Notes: generated by a model not told the origin, from the sequence alone. Positions 1 to 8,361 are shown, counted from the stretch's first letter. The stretch is DNA of 32,000 nucleotides from Candidatus Minimicrobia sp. QA0096 (GCF_963967315.1 NZ_OZ017288.1:120001-152000); one strand, 5' to 3'. A program made the numbers and translations.

Positions 1-1
1 T

Positions 2-727
2 GACAATAACGGCTCATTTATCACTGGTGTGATTAAAGACTGTGGTAACCCAGTTTGGGGTAACCCAACAACACCTCCAGTAAAGCCTGCTCTAACATGT
101 GACGCTTTGCAAGTAACTGAAATTTCTCGTAACACCTTCAAATTCAGCGTTAAAGCAACTGCCAAGGGTGGCGCATCTATCACCAGCTACACATACAACT
201 TCGGTGACAACAACATCAAGACAACTAACTCATCAGAAATTCAATACACTTACGCAAAAGAAGGCAACTACACAGTTACTATTACTGTAAACGGTAAAGA
301 AACTGGTGAAGTTAAGAGGCAAAACCCTAACTGTCAAAAAACTGTTACGGTTAAGCCAGAGCCAAAAATGATCGTTTGCGACCTTAATACTAAGAAATAT
401 CCAACAGAAATTAAGGAATCAGAATTCGACAAGAGTAAGCATTCAAAGAATCCAAACGATTGTAAAGAAGCGCCTGCTAAGATTAAAATCTGCGTAATCG
501 AGAAAAAAGAGATTCGTGAAATCAAGAAGGAAGAGTACAACGAGTCAAAGTACACAACTGACTTAAGCAAGTGTCAGGAAACTCCTACACCAAACACTCC
601 TTCAACACCAACACCTAGCCCAGAATTGCCAAAGACTGGTGCAAGTGACGCGATCATGTCAGCACTAGGCCTAGGTGGACTAACTACAGCTACTATCGCT
701 TACATCGCTAGCCGCCGCCAAATGTAA
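2..727 (+). CDS. Cell-surface protein, C-terminal part (5' end lies outside the window): PKD-like Ig domain, two Cys-bounded Lys/Glu-rich modules, Pro/Thr linker, LPXTG sortase signal
   Basis: The frame is open from nt 2, so the track start at 29 is an internal GTG. YTYNFGDN...YTYAKEGNYTVTITVNG resembles a PKD domain. LPKTG (626-640) is followed by a hydrophobic helix and an RRQ tail. TAA at 725-727. Confidence 0.75.
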   Translation, partial: DNNGSFITGVIKDCGNPVWGNPTTPPVKPALTCDALQVTEISRNTFKFSVKATAKGGASITSYTYNFGDNNIKTTNSSEIQYTYAKEGNYTVTITVNGKETGEVKRQNPNCQKTVTVKPEPKMIVCDLNTKKYPTEIKESEFDKSKHSKNPNDCKEAPAKIKICVIEKKEIREIKKEEYNESKYTTDLSKCQETPTPNTPSTPTPSPELPKTGASDAIMSALGLGGLTTATIAYIASRRQM

Positions 728-747
728 TAGGTCAAGCTAGCAACGAA

Positions 748-777
748 ATACCCGCCGAGATGGCGGGTATTTTTATT
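748..777 (+). terminator. Rho-independent terminator after the surface-protein gene
   Basis: ATACCCGCC-GAGAT-GGCGGGTAT hairpin (9 bp) followed by TTTTATT. Confidence 0.8.
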
Positions 778-796
778 GGTGATGAAGCTGTTGAGT

Positions 797-1414
797 TTAT
801 AACTGTTTTCGACCTTCTAGTGCGTGAGTTAGCGTAATTTGGTCTGCGTACTCAAGGTCAACGCCGACTGGAATACCCCTAGCCAAGCGTGTGATGGTCG
901 TATTCAGCCCAGCCTCTTGGATATATCTTTGCAAAAACAGTGCTGTTGATTCGCCTTCTACTGAAGCGTTCGTAGCGATGATAATCTCTTGAACGTCGTC
1001 TGTTTTTATACGCTCAATTAGTTCTGGGATATGCAATTGCTCTGGTCCAATATTGTCAATTGGTGAGATAACGCCGCCCAGCACGTGGTATGTGCCCAGG
1101 AACTGCCCTGTTCTTTCTATAGCGACAATGTCTAGCGGCTCCTCGACTACACAAACGACTTTCTTATTCCTGTTCGAATCTGCGTATAAAGGCGACACAT
1201 CGTCATCTGAGTCGATCAACGCAAATGTCTTCGGGCAGGTTTTTACGCGGTCGTGTAATCGGTCTAATGAATGCGCTAATTGCTTTGCGGATTTGGGATT
1301 GCGGCGTAAAACCGCGTAGGCATATCTTTCAGCCGTACGCGGTCCAACTCCAGGTAGATTACCAAAATCATCAATTAAAGCAGTTAGAGCTTTTGGTAAA
1401 ATGTCGATTGACAT
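797..1414 (-). CDS. recR: Recombination protein RecR (zinc-finger cysteines mostly missing)
   Basis: HhH motif LPGVGPRTAERYA; Toprim motifs VCVVEEPLDIVAIERTGQF and IIATNASVEGESTA; 205 aa; lies 4 nt after ybaB. Confidence 0.9.
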   Translation of the reverse strand: MSIDILPKALTALIDDFGNLPGVGPRTAERYAYAVLRRNPKSAKQLAHSLDRLHDRVKTCPKTFALIDSDDDVSPLYADSNRNKKVVCVVEEPLDIVAIERTGQFLGTYHVLGGVISPIDNIGPEQLHIPELIERIKTDDVQEIIIATNASVEGESTALFLQRYIQEAGLNTTITRLARGIPVGVDLEYADQITLTHALEGRKQL

Positions 1415-1418
1415 GGCT

Positions 1419-1709
1419 TTAGAATGGCAAGTTGCCCAAGCCGCCCATCAATGGCTTCATAGTTTCAGCAGCGACTTCCTGAGCCTTTGTCATACCGTCG
1501 CGAACTGCGATTTCGATCCAGTGTTCCAACTCTTCGATATTCTCCAAGTCGACCATTTCTGGGTCAATCTTTACAGACTTAATCTTTAACTCGCCAGTGA
1601 TTTGCACGATCACAGCGCCATCGCCAGCCTCAACTTCGATGATTTCTTTGCCTAATTGTTTCTGTGCTTTGCGTAATTGTTGCAGCATTTTTACCTGATC
1701 AAACGCCAT
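1419..1709 (-). CDS. ybaB: YbaB/EbfC family nucleoid-associated protein
   Basis: 96 aa; N-terminal MLQQLRKAQKQL helix; G(E/D)G.V.V..G core; classical position upstream of recR. Confidence 0.85.
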   Translation of the reverse strand: MAFDQVKMLQQLRKAQKQLGKEIIEVEAGDGAVIVQITGELKIKSVKIDPEMVDLENIEELEHWIEIAVRDGMTKAQEVAAETMKPLMGGLGNLPF

Positions 1710-1741
1710 ATTCCTCCTTATTTAACACTTACAATTATACC

Positions 1742-3202
1742 CTATTTGCGGTCGGATGTGTAGATATAGAATCGGTCGCCGTCTTTATGGTCATTGACAA
1801 TTACTGACGACAAGTGCCCAGAGTAAGTCTGCGGAATTTGAGACTTTACGCTGTGGCTAACATATAAAGTCTGTCCGACGTTTGCTGGCGCTGTGTGGAT
1901 AATTGATATCTGGTGATAGTTGTGTTTTTTAAGCGCTTCGTAAATCGGTGATTCTTCTTTACTAACCAATAACGAGAATGAATCGGTCGGCGCGGTATTT
2001 TTACGGAGTAGAGATAAATCTTTATTAAAGCGTGAAACTGCTTCCGGGAAATAACGATAACCGTCAATATAACGGAAGCTGCCACCCATCACCATAACGA
2101 TAATTAGCATTGATATAAAAACCAGTCCTGTGCCGCGAGCGTATGGATTGCGCGGGAAAAGTCCGTACCACATATTCATTAGAGATTCCAATCCGACCGC
2201 CAAGAGAATAAATAGCGGGATGATGATTATCGGGGTGAGGCTTGGCTGAAAGATGAGTAGCGCCAATGCTAAGATTAGCCACGACCAAATCATAAACGAG
2301 CGGGCGCTGGAGATTTTTTGGAAGCTGCGGAATAGCCCTAGCCCGATTAACACCATTGCGTTGATGTCCATAATTGGCGTGATTTGGTTCCCTACAACTG
2401 ATGGGAAAATGCGGATGTATGTGTAATATAAAGTCCTGAGGTTTGCAACGATGTCAAAACTTAGGCCGTTGATACCGATGAGATTGTAAAATAGCGCGTG
2501 GGATTTATAGCAAAGAAAACTAATCGCACAACCAATCGCGAATAAAATGGCGGACGGTATGATCCAAGACTTGCGATGTTTCCGGGAGATAAGGAAATAG
2601 CGTGGATGCGGATGCAGAAAGGCGATAATCAGAAGCCCCAGATTGATATACCAAAAATACGGAGTGAAGAGGCTGAGTGCCGTGGTGATGGCTAAGCTGA
2701 TTCGCCAAATGGGGGCGTTCTGGGCTTTCTGGAGAATCAATGTAGCGAAAAGCAAAGTTAGCGCGGTGTAAAAGATGTATAAAATGCCAACAGTTGCGCT
2801 TTGACCGATGAATAAAAATTGACCAGTCGTTGCCATGATTAATAGCGATAGAATCGTTGTTGACGGCTTAAACCAGCGTTTTAAGAGGAAGAAAATAGCG
2901 ACAGAACTGGCGATTGAAAGGATTACGGCAGGTGCTTTAATTGTTAATAAGCTGACGCCGAACAGTTTGAAGAATAGCAATTGAAGAAGATGGAATGGTA
3001 AGTTTGTGATGGCAATTCCCTCTATGCTGAAATTCAAGTGATTCGTTGTATTGACCATGTCGATTTCTGCTTGCGACAATCCACCTGGTATGTGCAGTGC
3101 AGAGATTATAATTGCTCCGACGTAAAGTAACGCTAGCAACGTATAGCCGAAAACGTAGCGCCATCGGTAAAGGAATATATCGGTAACTTTTTGCTTTTTC
3201 AT
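1742..3202 (-). CDS. Polytopic integral membrane protein, possible GT-C fold (family 39/83-like) glycosyltransferase
   Basis: 486 aa with many hydrophobic helices through residue ~380, then a soluble C-terminal ~100 aa. The family call comes from general resemblance only. Confidence 0.4.
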   Translation of the reverse strand: MKKQKVTDIFLYRWRYVFGYTLLALLYVGAIIISALHIPGGLSQAEIDMVNTTNHLNFSIEGIAITNLPFHLLQLLFFKLFGVSLLTIKAPAVILSIASSVAIFFLLKRWFKPSTTILSLLIMATTGQFLFIGQSATVGILYIFYTALTLLFATLILQKAQNAPIWRISLAITTALSLFTPYFWYINLGLLIIAFLHPHPRYFLISRKHRKSWIIPSAILFAIGCAISFLCYKSHALFYNLIGINGLSFDIVANLRTLYYTYIRIFPSVVGNQITPIMDINAMVLIGLGLFRSFQKISSARSFMIWSWLILALALLIFQPSLTPIIIIPLFILLAVGLESLMNMWYGLFPRNPYARGTGLVFISMLIIVMVMGGSFRYIDGYRYFPEAVSRFNKDLSLLRKNTAPTDSFSLLVSKEESPIYEALKKHNYHQISIIHTAPANVGQTLYVSHSVKSQIPQTYSGHLSSVIVNDHKDGDRFYIYTSDRK

Positions 3203-3223
3203 TGGTATGATTATAACACAATT

Positions 3224-4576
3224 CTATTCATGCTTGCGATCCAGACTCATAAAGCGTAGGCGCTCTGGGTGGAAGTATAACTGAACTTTACCGACTGGGC
3301 CGTTACGATGCTTGGCGATAATGAGGTCAGTAATATTCTGAACTTCCGGATTGTCGGGTTCGTAATATCCAGGGCGATAAATAAAGCTCACGATGTCGGC
3401 GTCCTGCTCAATGGAACCGGATTCACGCAGGTCGGCTAGTTGTGGAATTGGTGGCGTACGTGATTCAACAGAACGGCTCAACTGACTCAGGGCGATTAGC
3501 GGCACATTCAATTCGCGAGCAATAAGCTTCAGTCCGCGTGAAATTTCCGAAACTTCCTGAACGCGGTTTCCGTTGTGGTTTCCATTAGCCTGCATAAGCT
3601 GTAAATAGTCGACGATGATTAATCCTAATTGGTTTTCATGAGCAATTCTTCGAGCTTTCGTGCGCATTTCCAAAACTGATAATCCTGGAGTGTCATCGAT
3701 ATAAATTGGCGCCTCAGCCATTTCTCCCATAGCCTCAGACAACTTAGCAAAATCTTCATCGCTCAGATTTCCGGTGCGAATGTTCCAGCTGTCAACTCCC
3801 GACGCATCCGCCAACATACGGTCGACCAGCTGTTCCTTACTCATCTCTAGACTGAAGAATAGGACAGGATTTTTCTCAATCGTTGCCACATTATAAGCCA
3901 GATTTGTCACCAGCGTCGTCTTACCCATGGCTGGACGAGCTGCCAGAATGATCAAATCTGATTTTTGCAAACCAGCGGTCATATTGTCCAGATCGCGATA
4001 TCCAGTGCGGACTCCTCTGAGAGATCCTTTATTTTTGCTGAGCTCTTCAATTCGATCAAAGCTATCCGTCAGAATACTTTCCAGACTGACCAAATCTTGC
4101 TTGGTCGATTGGTCGGACACGCTGAAAAGTTCAGCTTCGGCCTTCTCTAATAATTCCTGCGTGGTCGTCGATTCGTCATAGCCAAGTTCAGAAATATCGC
4201 CACTCGCTTTTATCAGACGCCTGCGAACTGCTGCTTGTGCAATCATCTCCGCGTAAGCCGATGCGTGCGCCGCCGTTGGAACGTAGTTTGTTAGTTCTGT
4301 CAGGTATGCCGATCCGCCAACCAATTCCAGCTCATCCTTTCGCTTCAATTCGTCGGTTAAGGTCAGAAGGTCGACGGGCTTGTGTTTTTCAAATAGCCGC
4401 ATCATTCCGGCAAAAATCAATCCGTGATTCTTGTCGTAAAAATCGCTAGGGTGAGTAATTTCTGCGGCGTCCGCCAAAACTTCCTCGTCAATTAAAACCG
4501 CCCCAAGCAAACTCTTTTCCGCGTCCAAATTTTGTGGCGGTATCTTCCCTTTTACTTCTTCGCTTTTATCTGCCAT
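3224..4576 (-). CDS. dnaB: Replicative DNA helicase DnaB
   Basis: PQNLDAEKSLLGAVL N-terminus; Walker A ARPAMGKTT; DYLQLM; SQLSRSVE; 450 aa; ATG overlaps the dnaX stop (TAATG). Confidence 0.95.
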   Translation of the reverse strand: MADKSEEVKGKIPPQNLDAEKSLLGAVLIDEEVLADAAEITHPSDFYDKNHGLIFAGMMRLFEKHKPVDLLTLTDELKRKDELELVGGSAYLTELTNYVPTAAHASAYAEMIAQAAVRRRLIKASGDISELGYDESTTTQELLEKAEAELFSVSDQSTKQDLVSLESILTDSFDRIEELSKNKGSLRGVRTGYRDLDNMTAGLQKSDLIILAARPAMGKTTLVTNLAYNVATIEKNPVLFFSLEMSKEQLVDRMLADASGVDSWNIRTGNLSDEDFAKLSEAMGEMAEAPIYIDDTPGLSVLEMRTKARRIAHENQLGLIIVDYLQLMQANGNHNGNRVQEVSEISRGLKLIARELNVPLIALSQLSRSVESRTPPIPQLADLRESGSIEQDADIVSFIYRPGYYEPDNPEVQNITDLIIAKHRNGPVGKVQLYFHPERLRFMSLDRKHE

Positions 4577-6024
4577 TAAATATCCTCCAGCTTAACTTCT
4601 TCGCCGCCACCCATTAATTCTGCAATTTCCGCCAATTTTTCGTCCTCTGGTGGCTTCTTCTCTCCAATTATATCAATTTCCAAATCCATCTCAGTTTCTT
4701 CTGAGATAATTTCTGAGATCAATGGTTTGTTTTTTGCGTCGTCCAGCTTTTTCTTGTAAAACGCGGAACCTGCGTAAATTGTCAATTTTTCACCGTCAAA
4801 CGACCACTGACTTTTCTGTAATAATGACGCCAGTCCGAGGGATTTTTCCTTCGCTCTTTCAATGACTTTTTCCCAATTTAGCTCTAGTGGCGCGTCAGTT
4901 TTCTTTGGTTTTTCGGCGGGTTTTTTTGCTGGCTCGACTGGTTTTTCTTCTTTTTTAATCGGCTTTTCGGTCGGTTTTGCTGGCTCTGCGGTCTTAATTG
5001 GCGTTGGTTTTTTGGCGGGTTTTTGGGGCGCAGCTTGAGTTGTATCTTTCTTTGTCGCGGCTGACTTTTCTGTCTGCTGAGAATTGCTATTCATAAATAT
5101 CGTCAATAATTTCAAGTCTGGGTGCGGGTGTCGATCAACCTCAATCAATTGCTGAACCAACCCAATAAGATTCGGATTTTTTCGTAATCTATTGCGAGCA
5201 ATCGACAATAACTGATGCGACACAACAACTGAATTTGCGCCGCTATTTTCTAATTCCTGGAAGATGTTTAAGACTTTCTCATTGTCGTCGGATGTATATG
5301 AATCTAGCAAATTGCCGAGCATTGTCGCGTCGCTCAGTCCCAAATATTCGGTAACCATATTCGCTGTCAGCGGCTGGTTTGGGGTTGCTAAAATCGACAA
5401 TTGGTCAAGTGTACTAATGCCGTCACGGAATCCGCCACGGGAACGTTCAGCGATTAACCTGGCAGCATCCTCTTCGATTGCAAATCCTTCTTTTTTCGCT
5501 ATATTCATTAACTGGCGCGTCATAATTTCTACTGGAATTGGGCGGAAGAAAAATTGCTGGACACGGCTAAGAATGGTGGCTGGAAGTTTGTCGGCGTCAG
5601 TTGTAGCTAAGATAAACACCACGTGCTCTGGCGGTTCTTCCAGGGTTTTTAATAGCGCGTTAAATGCTGATTTTGACAGCATATGAACTTCGTCGATGAT
5701 ATAAACTTTTTTCGGTGCAGAAACAGGCGCGACTTGGGCTTTTTCTCTTAAAGCGCGAATGTCGTCAACGCCGTTATTGCTGGCTGCGTCAATTTCAATA
5801 ATATCCAAGTTTGAAGAATCGTCATCATATGGCAAGTGGTTAATCTCGTGCGCCAGAATTCGCGCCACCGATGTTTTTCCCACGCCACGCGGTCCGGTCA
5901 ACAAGTACGCATGAGCAATTTTTCCCTGCTCTAACGCTCGACGTAAAATACTAGTCACGTGATCTTGACCTAAAACTTCATCCAAACTGCGACTGCGATA
6001 TTTACGATATAGCGCCTGACTCAT
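4576..6024 (-). CDS. dnaX: DNA polymerase III subunit gamma/tau
   Basis: Walker A GPRGVGKTS; Walker B IIDEVHMLS; SRVQQF; Lys/Pro/Glu-rich linker; SD GAGGGG upstream of the ATG. Confidence 0.93.
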   Translation of the reverse strand: MSQALYRKYRSRSLDEVLGQDHVTSILRRALEQGKIAHAYLLTGPRGVGKTSVARILAHEINHLPYDDDSSNLDIIEIDAASNNGVDDIRALREKAQVAPVSAPKKVYIIDEVHMLSKSAFNALLKTLEEPPEHVVFILATTDADKLPATILSRVQQFFFRPIPVEIMTRQLMNIAKKEGFAIEEDAARLIAERSRGGFRDGISTLDQLSILATPNQPLTANMVTEYLGLSDATMLGNLLDSYTSDDNEKVLNIFQELENSGANSVVVSHQLLSIARNRLRKNPNLIGLVQQLIEVDRHPHPDLKLLTIFMNSNSQQTEKSAATKKDTTQAAPQKPAKKPTPIKTAEPAKPTEKPIKKEEKPVEPAKKPAEKPKKTDAPLELNWEKVIERAKEKSLGLASLLQKSQWSFDGEKLTIYAGSAFYKKKLDDAKNKPLISEIISEETEMDLEIDIIGEKKPPEDEKLAEIAELMGGGEEVKLEDI

Positions 6025-6077
6025 CCCCTCATGCTCCTCATGAGATAATTATAGCAAACTATACCTTGAGACAGAAG

Positions 6078-6299
6078 TTAACAAATGTGATTTCCGAGTA
6101 TTCGAGATCGCATAAATACGATTATTATTGTGATAATGGCAGTAATTATGCAAGTTAACAGCAGAGCCTTAGACTTCTTGCTAATTTTTTCTTTCTTAAG
6201 GATGAATATTGATGTAATTAGAGTCACCGTTCCCAAGATGTATGGCAAGTATCGTGCCAGTACTATTGAAGTATTTAATAATATTGTAGTTAAGCTCAC
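6078..6299 (-). CDS. Small two-helix membrane protein, unknown function
   Basis: GTG start preceded by AAAGGAGG with a 6-nt spacer. Two hydrophobic helices are separated by KKEKISKKSK. Very AT-rich. Confidence 0.6.
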   Translation of the reverse strand: MSLTTILLNTSIVLARYLPYILGTVTLITSIFILKKEKISKKSKALLLTCIITAIITIIIVFMRSRILGNHIC

Positions 6300-6324
6300 T
6301 AGTAGCCTCCTTTGCTGTGTTTTA

Positions 6325-6358
6325 CCCTCGCTCTCTATACTTGAATAGAGAGCGAGGG
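6325..6358. repeat. Perfect 14-bp inverted repeat (hairpin) between the DUF2690-like gene and the small membrane-protein gene
   Basis: CCCTCGCTCTCTAT-ACTTGA-ATAGAGAGCGAGGG. There is no clear U-tract on either strand. Confidence 0.6.
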
Positions 6359-6365
6359 ACTGGTC

Positions 6366-6824
6366 TCACGACCATGGTGTTGAATATGTGAAGTTGTTCT
6401 GGTCCACGAACACTGCACGCACTTTATGTGCCGGCGAGTAGATCATCGGCGTATAGCGTACAGTGACGACTGGCGCGCATATTGCATCGAAGTATACCTG
6501 TTGTGTGTATCCAGTATCCTGGACAGCTTTCAGATATCCGCTACGAGTGCACTTGATCCAGCCTGGGCTATGCATGAAAATGCGAGCCCAGTTTGTCTTG
6601 CAGGTTGGCGACCACCTAACATGCAAGGAGAATTCCTTGTGGTTGTAGATTTGGGTGGTGACGGCATCGGCACTGCAGCCCGTTGCGTCTGCGTCCTGTC
6701 CTGAGCACCAGTCTCCGTAGCACCCGACGGCATGAGCGGCGGGTGGGGTGGCTAGCGTCATCGCTGAGAACACGAGAGAAATGATGGCAATAAATGCCGC
6801 CAATCGCTTCTTGCTGTTCATCAT
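6366..6824 (-). CDS. Secreted Cys-rich protein, DUF2690-like (actinobacterial-type domain)
   Basis: SD AGAGGAG (6828-6834) precedes ATGATG. Signal peptide MMNSKKRLAAFIAIISLVFSAMTLATPPAAHA. GCYGDWCSGQDADATGCSADA...VRWSPTCKTNWARI matches my memory of DUF2690. Local G+C is 39/60 at 6661-6720. Confidence 0.65.
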   Translation of the reverse strand: MMNSKKRLAAFIAIISLVFSAMTLATPPAAHAVGCYGDWCSGQDADATGCSADAVTTQIYNHKEFSLHVRWSPTCKTNWARIFMHSPGWIKCTRSGYLKAVQDTGYTQQVYFDAICAPVVTVRYTPMIYSPAHKVRAVFVDQNNFTYSTPWS

Positions 6825-6964
6825 CAACTCCTCTGATTGTGAAACGTACACCGAGATTATTCTCGGATGAGTAGAATTATACTTCTGTTCTATCAAAAAG
6901 TCAACCCCTGCTCTTCTAAAATAAAAGTAATAATGTTAACAAAAGCCTCGCGGTTAAATTACTC

Positions 6965-7840
6965 TTAAAACAACGCCAGCTGCGTGCTGGGTATTTCTAT
7001 GTCAATGACGCCGTCAACTTTTTGCGCCCGATAGCCAATAAGCTTTTTGATGTTGTAAGCCAGCAGCTGACCATCGTAATCAGTGACGGCAATTGAGCCG
7101 ATGACACTGCGTACATGTCCGACTAATTGACTGTAATTCTTCATTAAAATAACACGTGACAAATCAACGCCAGCGGTTTGAAAATAATCTTCGCAAGGAA
7201 TTAGCTCGGATTTCGGAAACGACACACCAATTTTTTGCTCAATTTCAAGTAATTTTTGTCGCAATTCCCTTTCGCCAATCGCATAGTCAAAAGGTTGTTT
7301 TATCAATTCCATCTTTTTGTGAACTGGTAGAGTTTCAACTATTCCGTCCAGCTTGGAAATTTTCGCCTCGTATTGCCTGGCGATCAATGCCGAAGAAAAC
7401 GTTTCTAATTTTACGGCTAATCGCGCTCCCTGCTCCAATAATCTCCGAATTCCGCGCTCTTCTTGCGAGATTCCAACTTTTATGACGTTCGGCGCGAAGT
7501 ACGCCAAGTAAACAAAGTGCGGATTTTGATTGATTTTTTCTTGTTGGGCGGAAACCGAATTGGCATTGTAAAATGCTGGATTGAAGCCGGTTTTATCGCG
7601 GCATTTTAGGCAATTTTCATACTTTTCATCAACCGTGGCGTAATCTGGACAAATTTGGCTACAGCGATTCTCAAAATCCACCCAACCCGCGCAATATTTA
7701 ACAGAAAAATCGAACTTAAGAGATAAATCTTGTCCAAATAATTCATAACGCTCAATTTTATCACCAACTTGACATTTAATAAAAGGCTTATTATCAGCGT
7801 TAAAACTGGCGTAACTGAGCAAGAACTCGCTCGGTAGCAT
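6965..7840 (-). CDS. DUF2797-like protein with a Cys-rich Zn-ribbon region
   Basis: Start moved to ATG 7838-7840 (MLPSEF), 5 nt after the upstream stop. CSQICP...CLKCRD motif. HFVYLAYF...KVGIS...RRLLEQGA resembles the DUF2797 core (from memory). Confidence 0.55.
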   Translation of the reverse strand: MLPSEFLLSYASFNADNKPFIKCQVGDKIERYELFGQDLSLKFDFSVKYCAGWVDFENRCSQICPDYATVDEKYENCLKCRDKTGFNPAFYNANSVSAQQEKINQNPHFVYLAYFAPNVIKVGISQEERGIRRLLEQGARLAVKLETFSSALIARQYEAKISKLDGIVETLPVHKKMELIKQPFDYAIGERELRQKLLEIEQKIGVSFPKSELIPCEDYFQTAGVDLSRVILMKNYSQLVGHVRSVIGSIAVTDYDGQLLAYNIKKLIGYRAQKVDGVIDIEIPSTQLALF

Positions 7841-7845
7841 AATAT

Positions 7846-8361
7846 TTACAATGCAGCTTCGACAGCAGCCCAAGTTGCGTCAGGATTGTCTTCAGGGATG
7901 ATGATTGTAACTTGGTCGCCGACGTTAATTCGGAAGTAAGTTACGCTAGCAAGCAAAATACGATATTCGCGACCGGAAGCCTCGACGTAGTAAATTCCGT
8001 CGTGCTGGACAAGTGTTCCGATGACTTGTTTTCGAGGCACAGGGCCGATTTGCTTATAAATAAAGCTGCCGTCTTCAGCGATTGTCAATTTCATCAAGTC
8101 GCCTTCAACCAGCTTCGACTTTGAAGCGTAGTTGGCTGGGATTGGGTAATTTTTACCGTCAGGACTGAGCATCATTTGTCCGTCAAATACGCCTTCGATA
8201 ATCTTTCCTGCTACATTATCTGACGAAGTTTTTGGTGTGACAACTTGACCGTCGTCGCCAATAATACTAATCAATAATTCTTTTGCGGCAGCTAAATTGG
8301 TCTCCGCCTCTTGAATAAGTGTCCTCAGACGCTTAATTTGCTTTTCTGGTAATTCAGACAT
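7846..8361 (-). CDS. Hypothetical protein: N-terminal coiled coil plus two tandem copies of a ~55-aa beta-rich module
   Basis: SD AAAGGAA upstream. Internal duplication DGKNYPIPANYASKSKLVEGDLMKLTIAEDG versus SGREYRILLASVTYFRINVGDQVTIIIPEDN. Confidence 0.6.
   Translation of the reverse strand: MSELPEKQIKRLRTLIQEAETNLAAAKELLISIIGDDGQVVTPKTSSDNVAGKIIEGVFDGQMMLSPDGKNYPIPANYASKSKLVEGDLMKLTIAEDGSFIYKQIGPVPRKQVIGTLVQHDGIYYVEASGREYRILLASVTYFRINVGDQVTIIIPEDNPDATWAAVEAAL

Noticed and set aside
4921-4927. An A7 run in dnaX (GCA AAA AAA CCC on the coding strand) that formally fits an X XXY YYZ -1 slippery heptamer. The -1 frame stops 10 codons later, which would give a gamma-like short product.
   Set aside because: The run lies in a Lys-rich low-complexity linker where AAA codons are expected. 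I see no upstream SD-like stimulator or downstream stable hairpin. It cannot be supported from sequence alone.
3927-5686. Plus-strand ORFs inside dnaB and dnaX (3927-4181, 3965-4150, 4237-4449, 5264-5686). The same applies to similar antisense ORFs in other genes: 334-570, 1053-1589, 1846-3221, 7156-7485, 7912-8124, 9036-9317, 15279-15479, 16367-16795, 16850-17197, 17416-18311, 19545-19820, and those inside hsdM/S/R.
   Set aside because: All are nested in stronger, motif-supported genes on the other strand or frame. There is no independent signal for any of them.
6025-6365. Expected SRP RNA (ffs/scRNA) upstream of dnaX, as in many Gram-positive genomes.
   Set aside because: The space upstream of dnaX is only 53 nt before a protein-coding gene. 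The nearby hairpin at 6325-6358 is a simple stem-loop without an SRP domain IV-like motif.
6825-6896. N-terminal extensions proposed by the ORF track for several genes: 6825-6896, 7841-7873, 10140-10196, 17152-17184, 19927-19965, 21135-21164.
   Set aside because: In each case an internal ATG has a better SD or promoter context, avoids overlap with the upstream gene or with a terminator or promoter, and gives the family-typical N-terminus.
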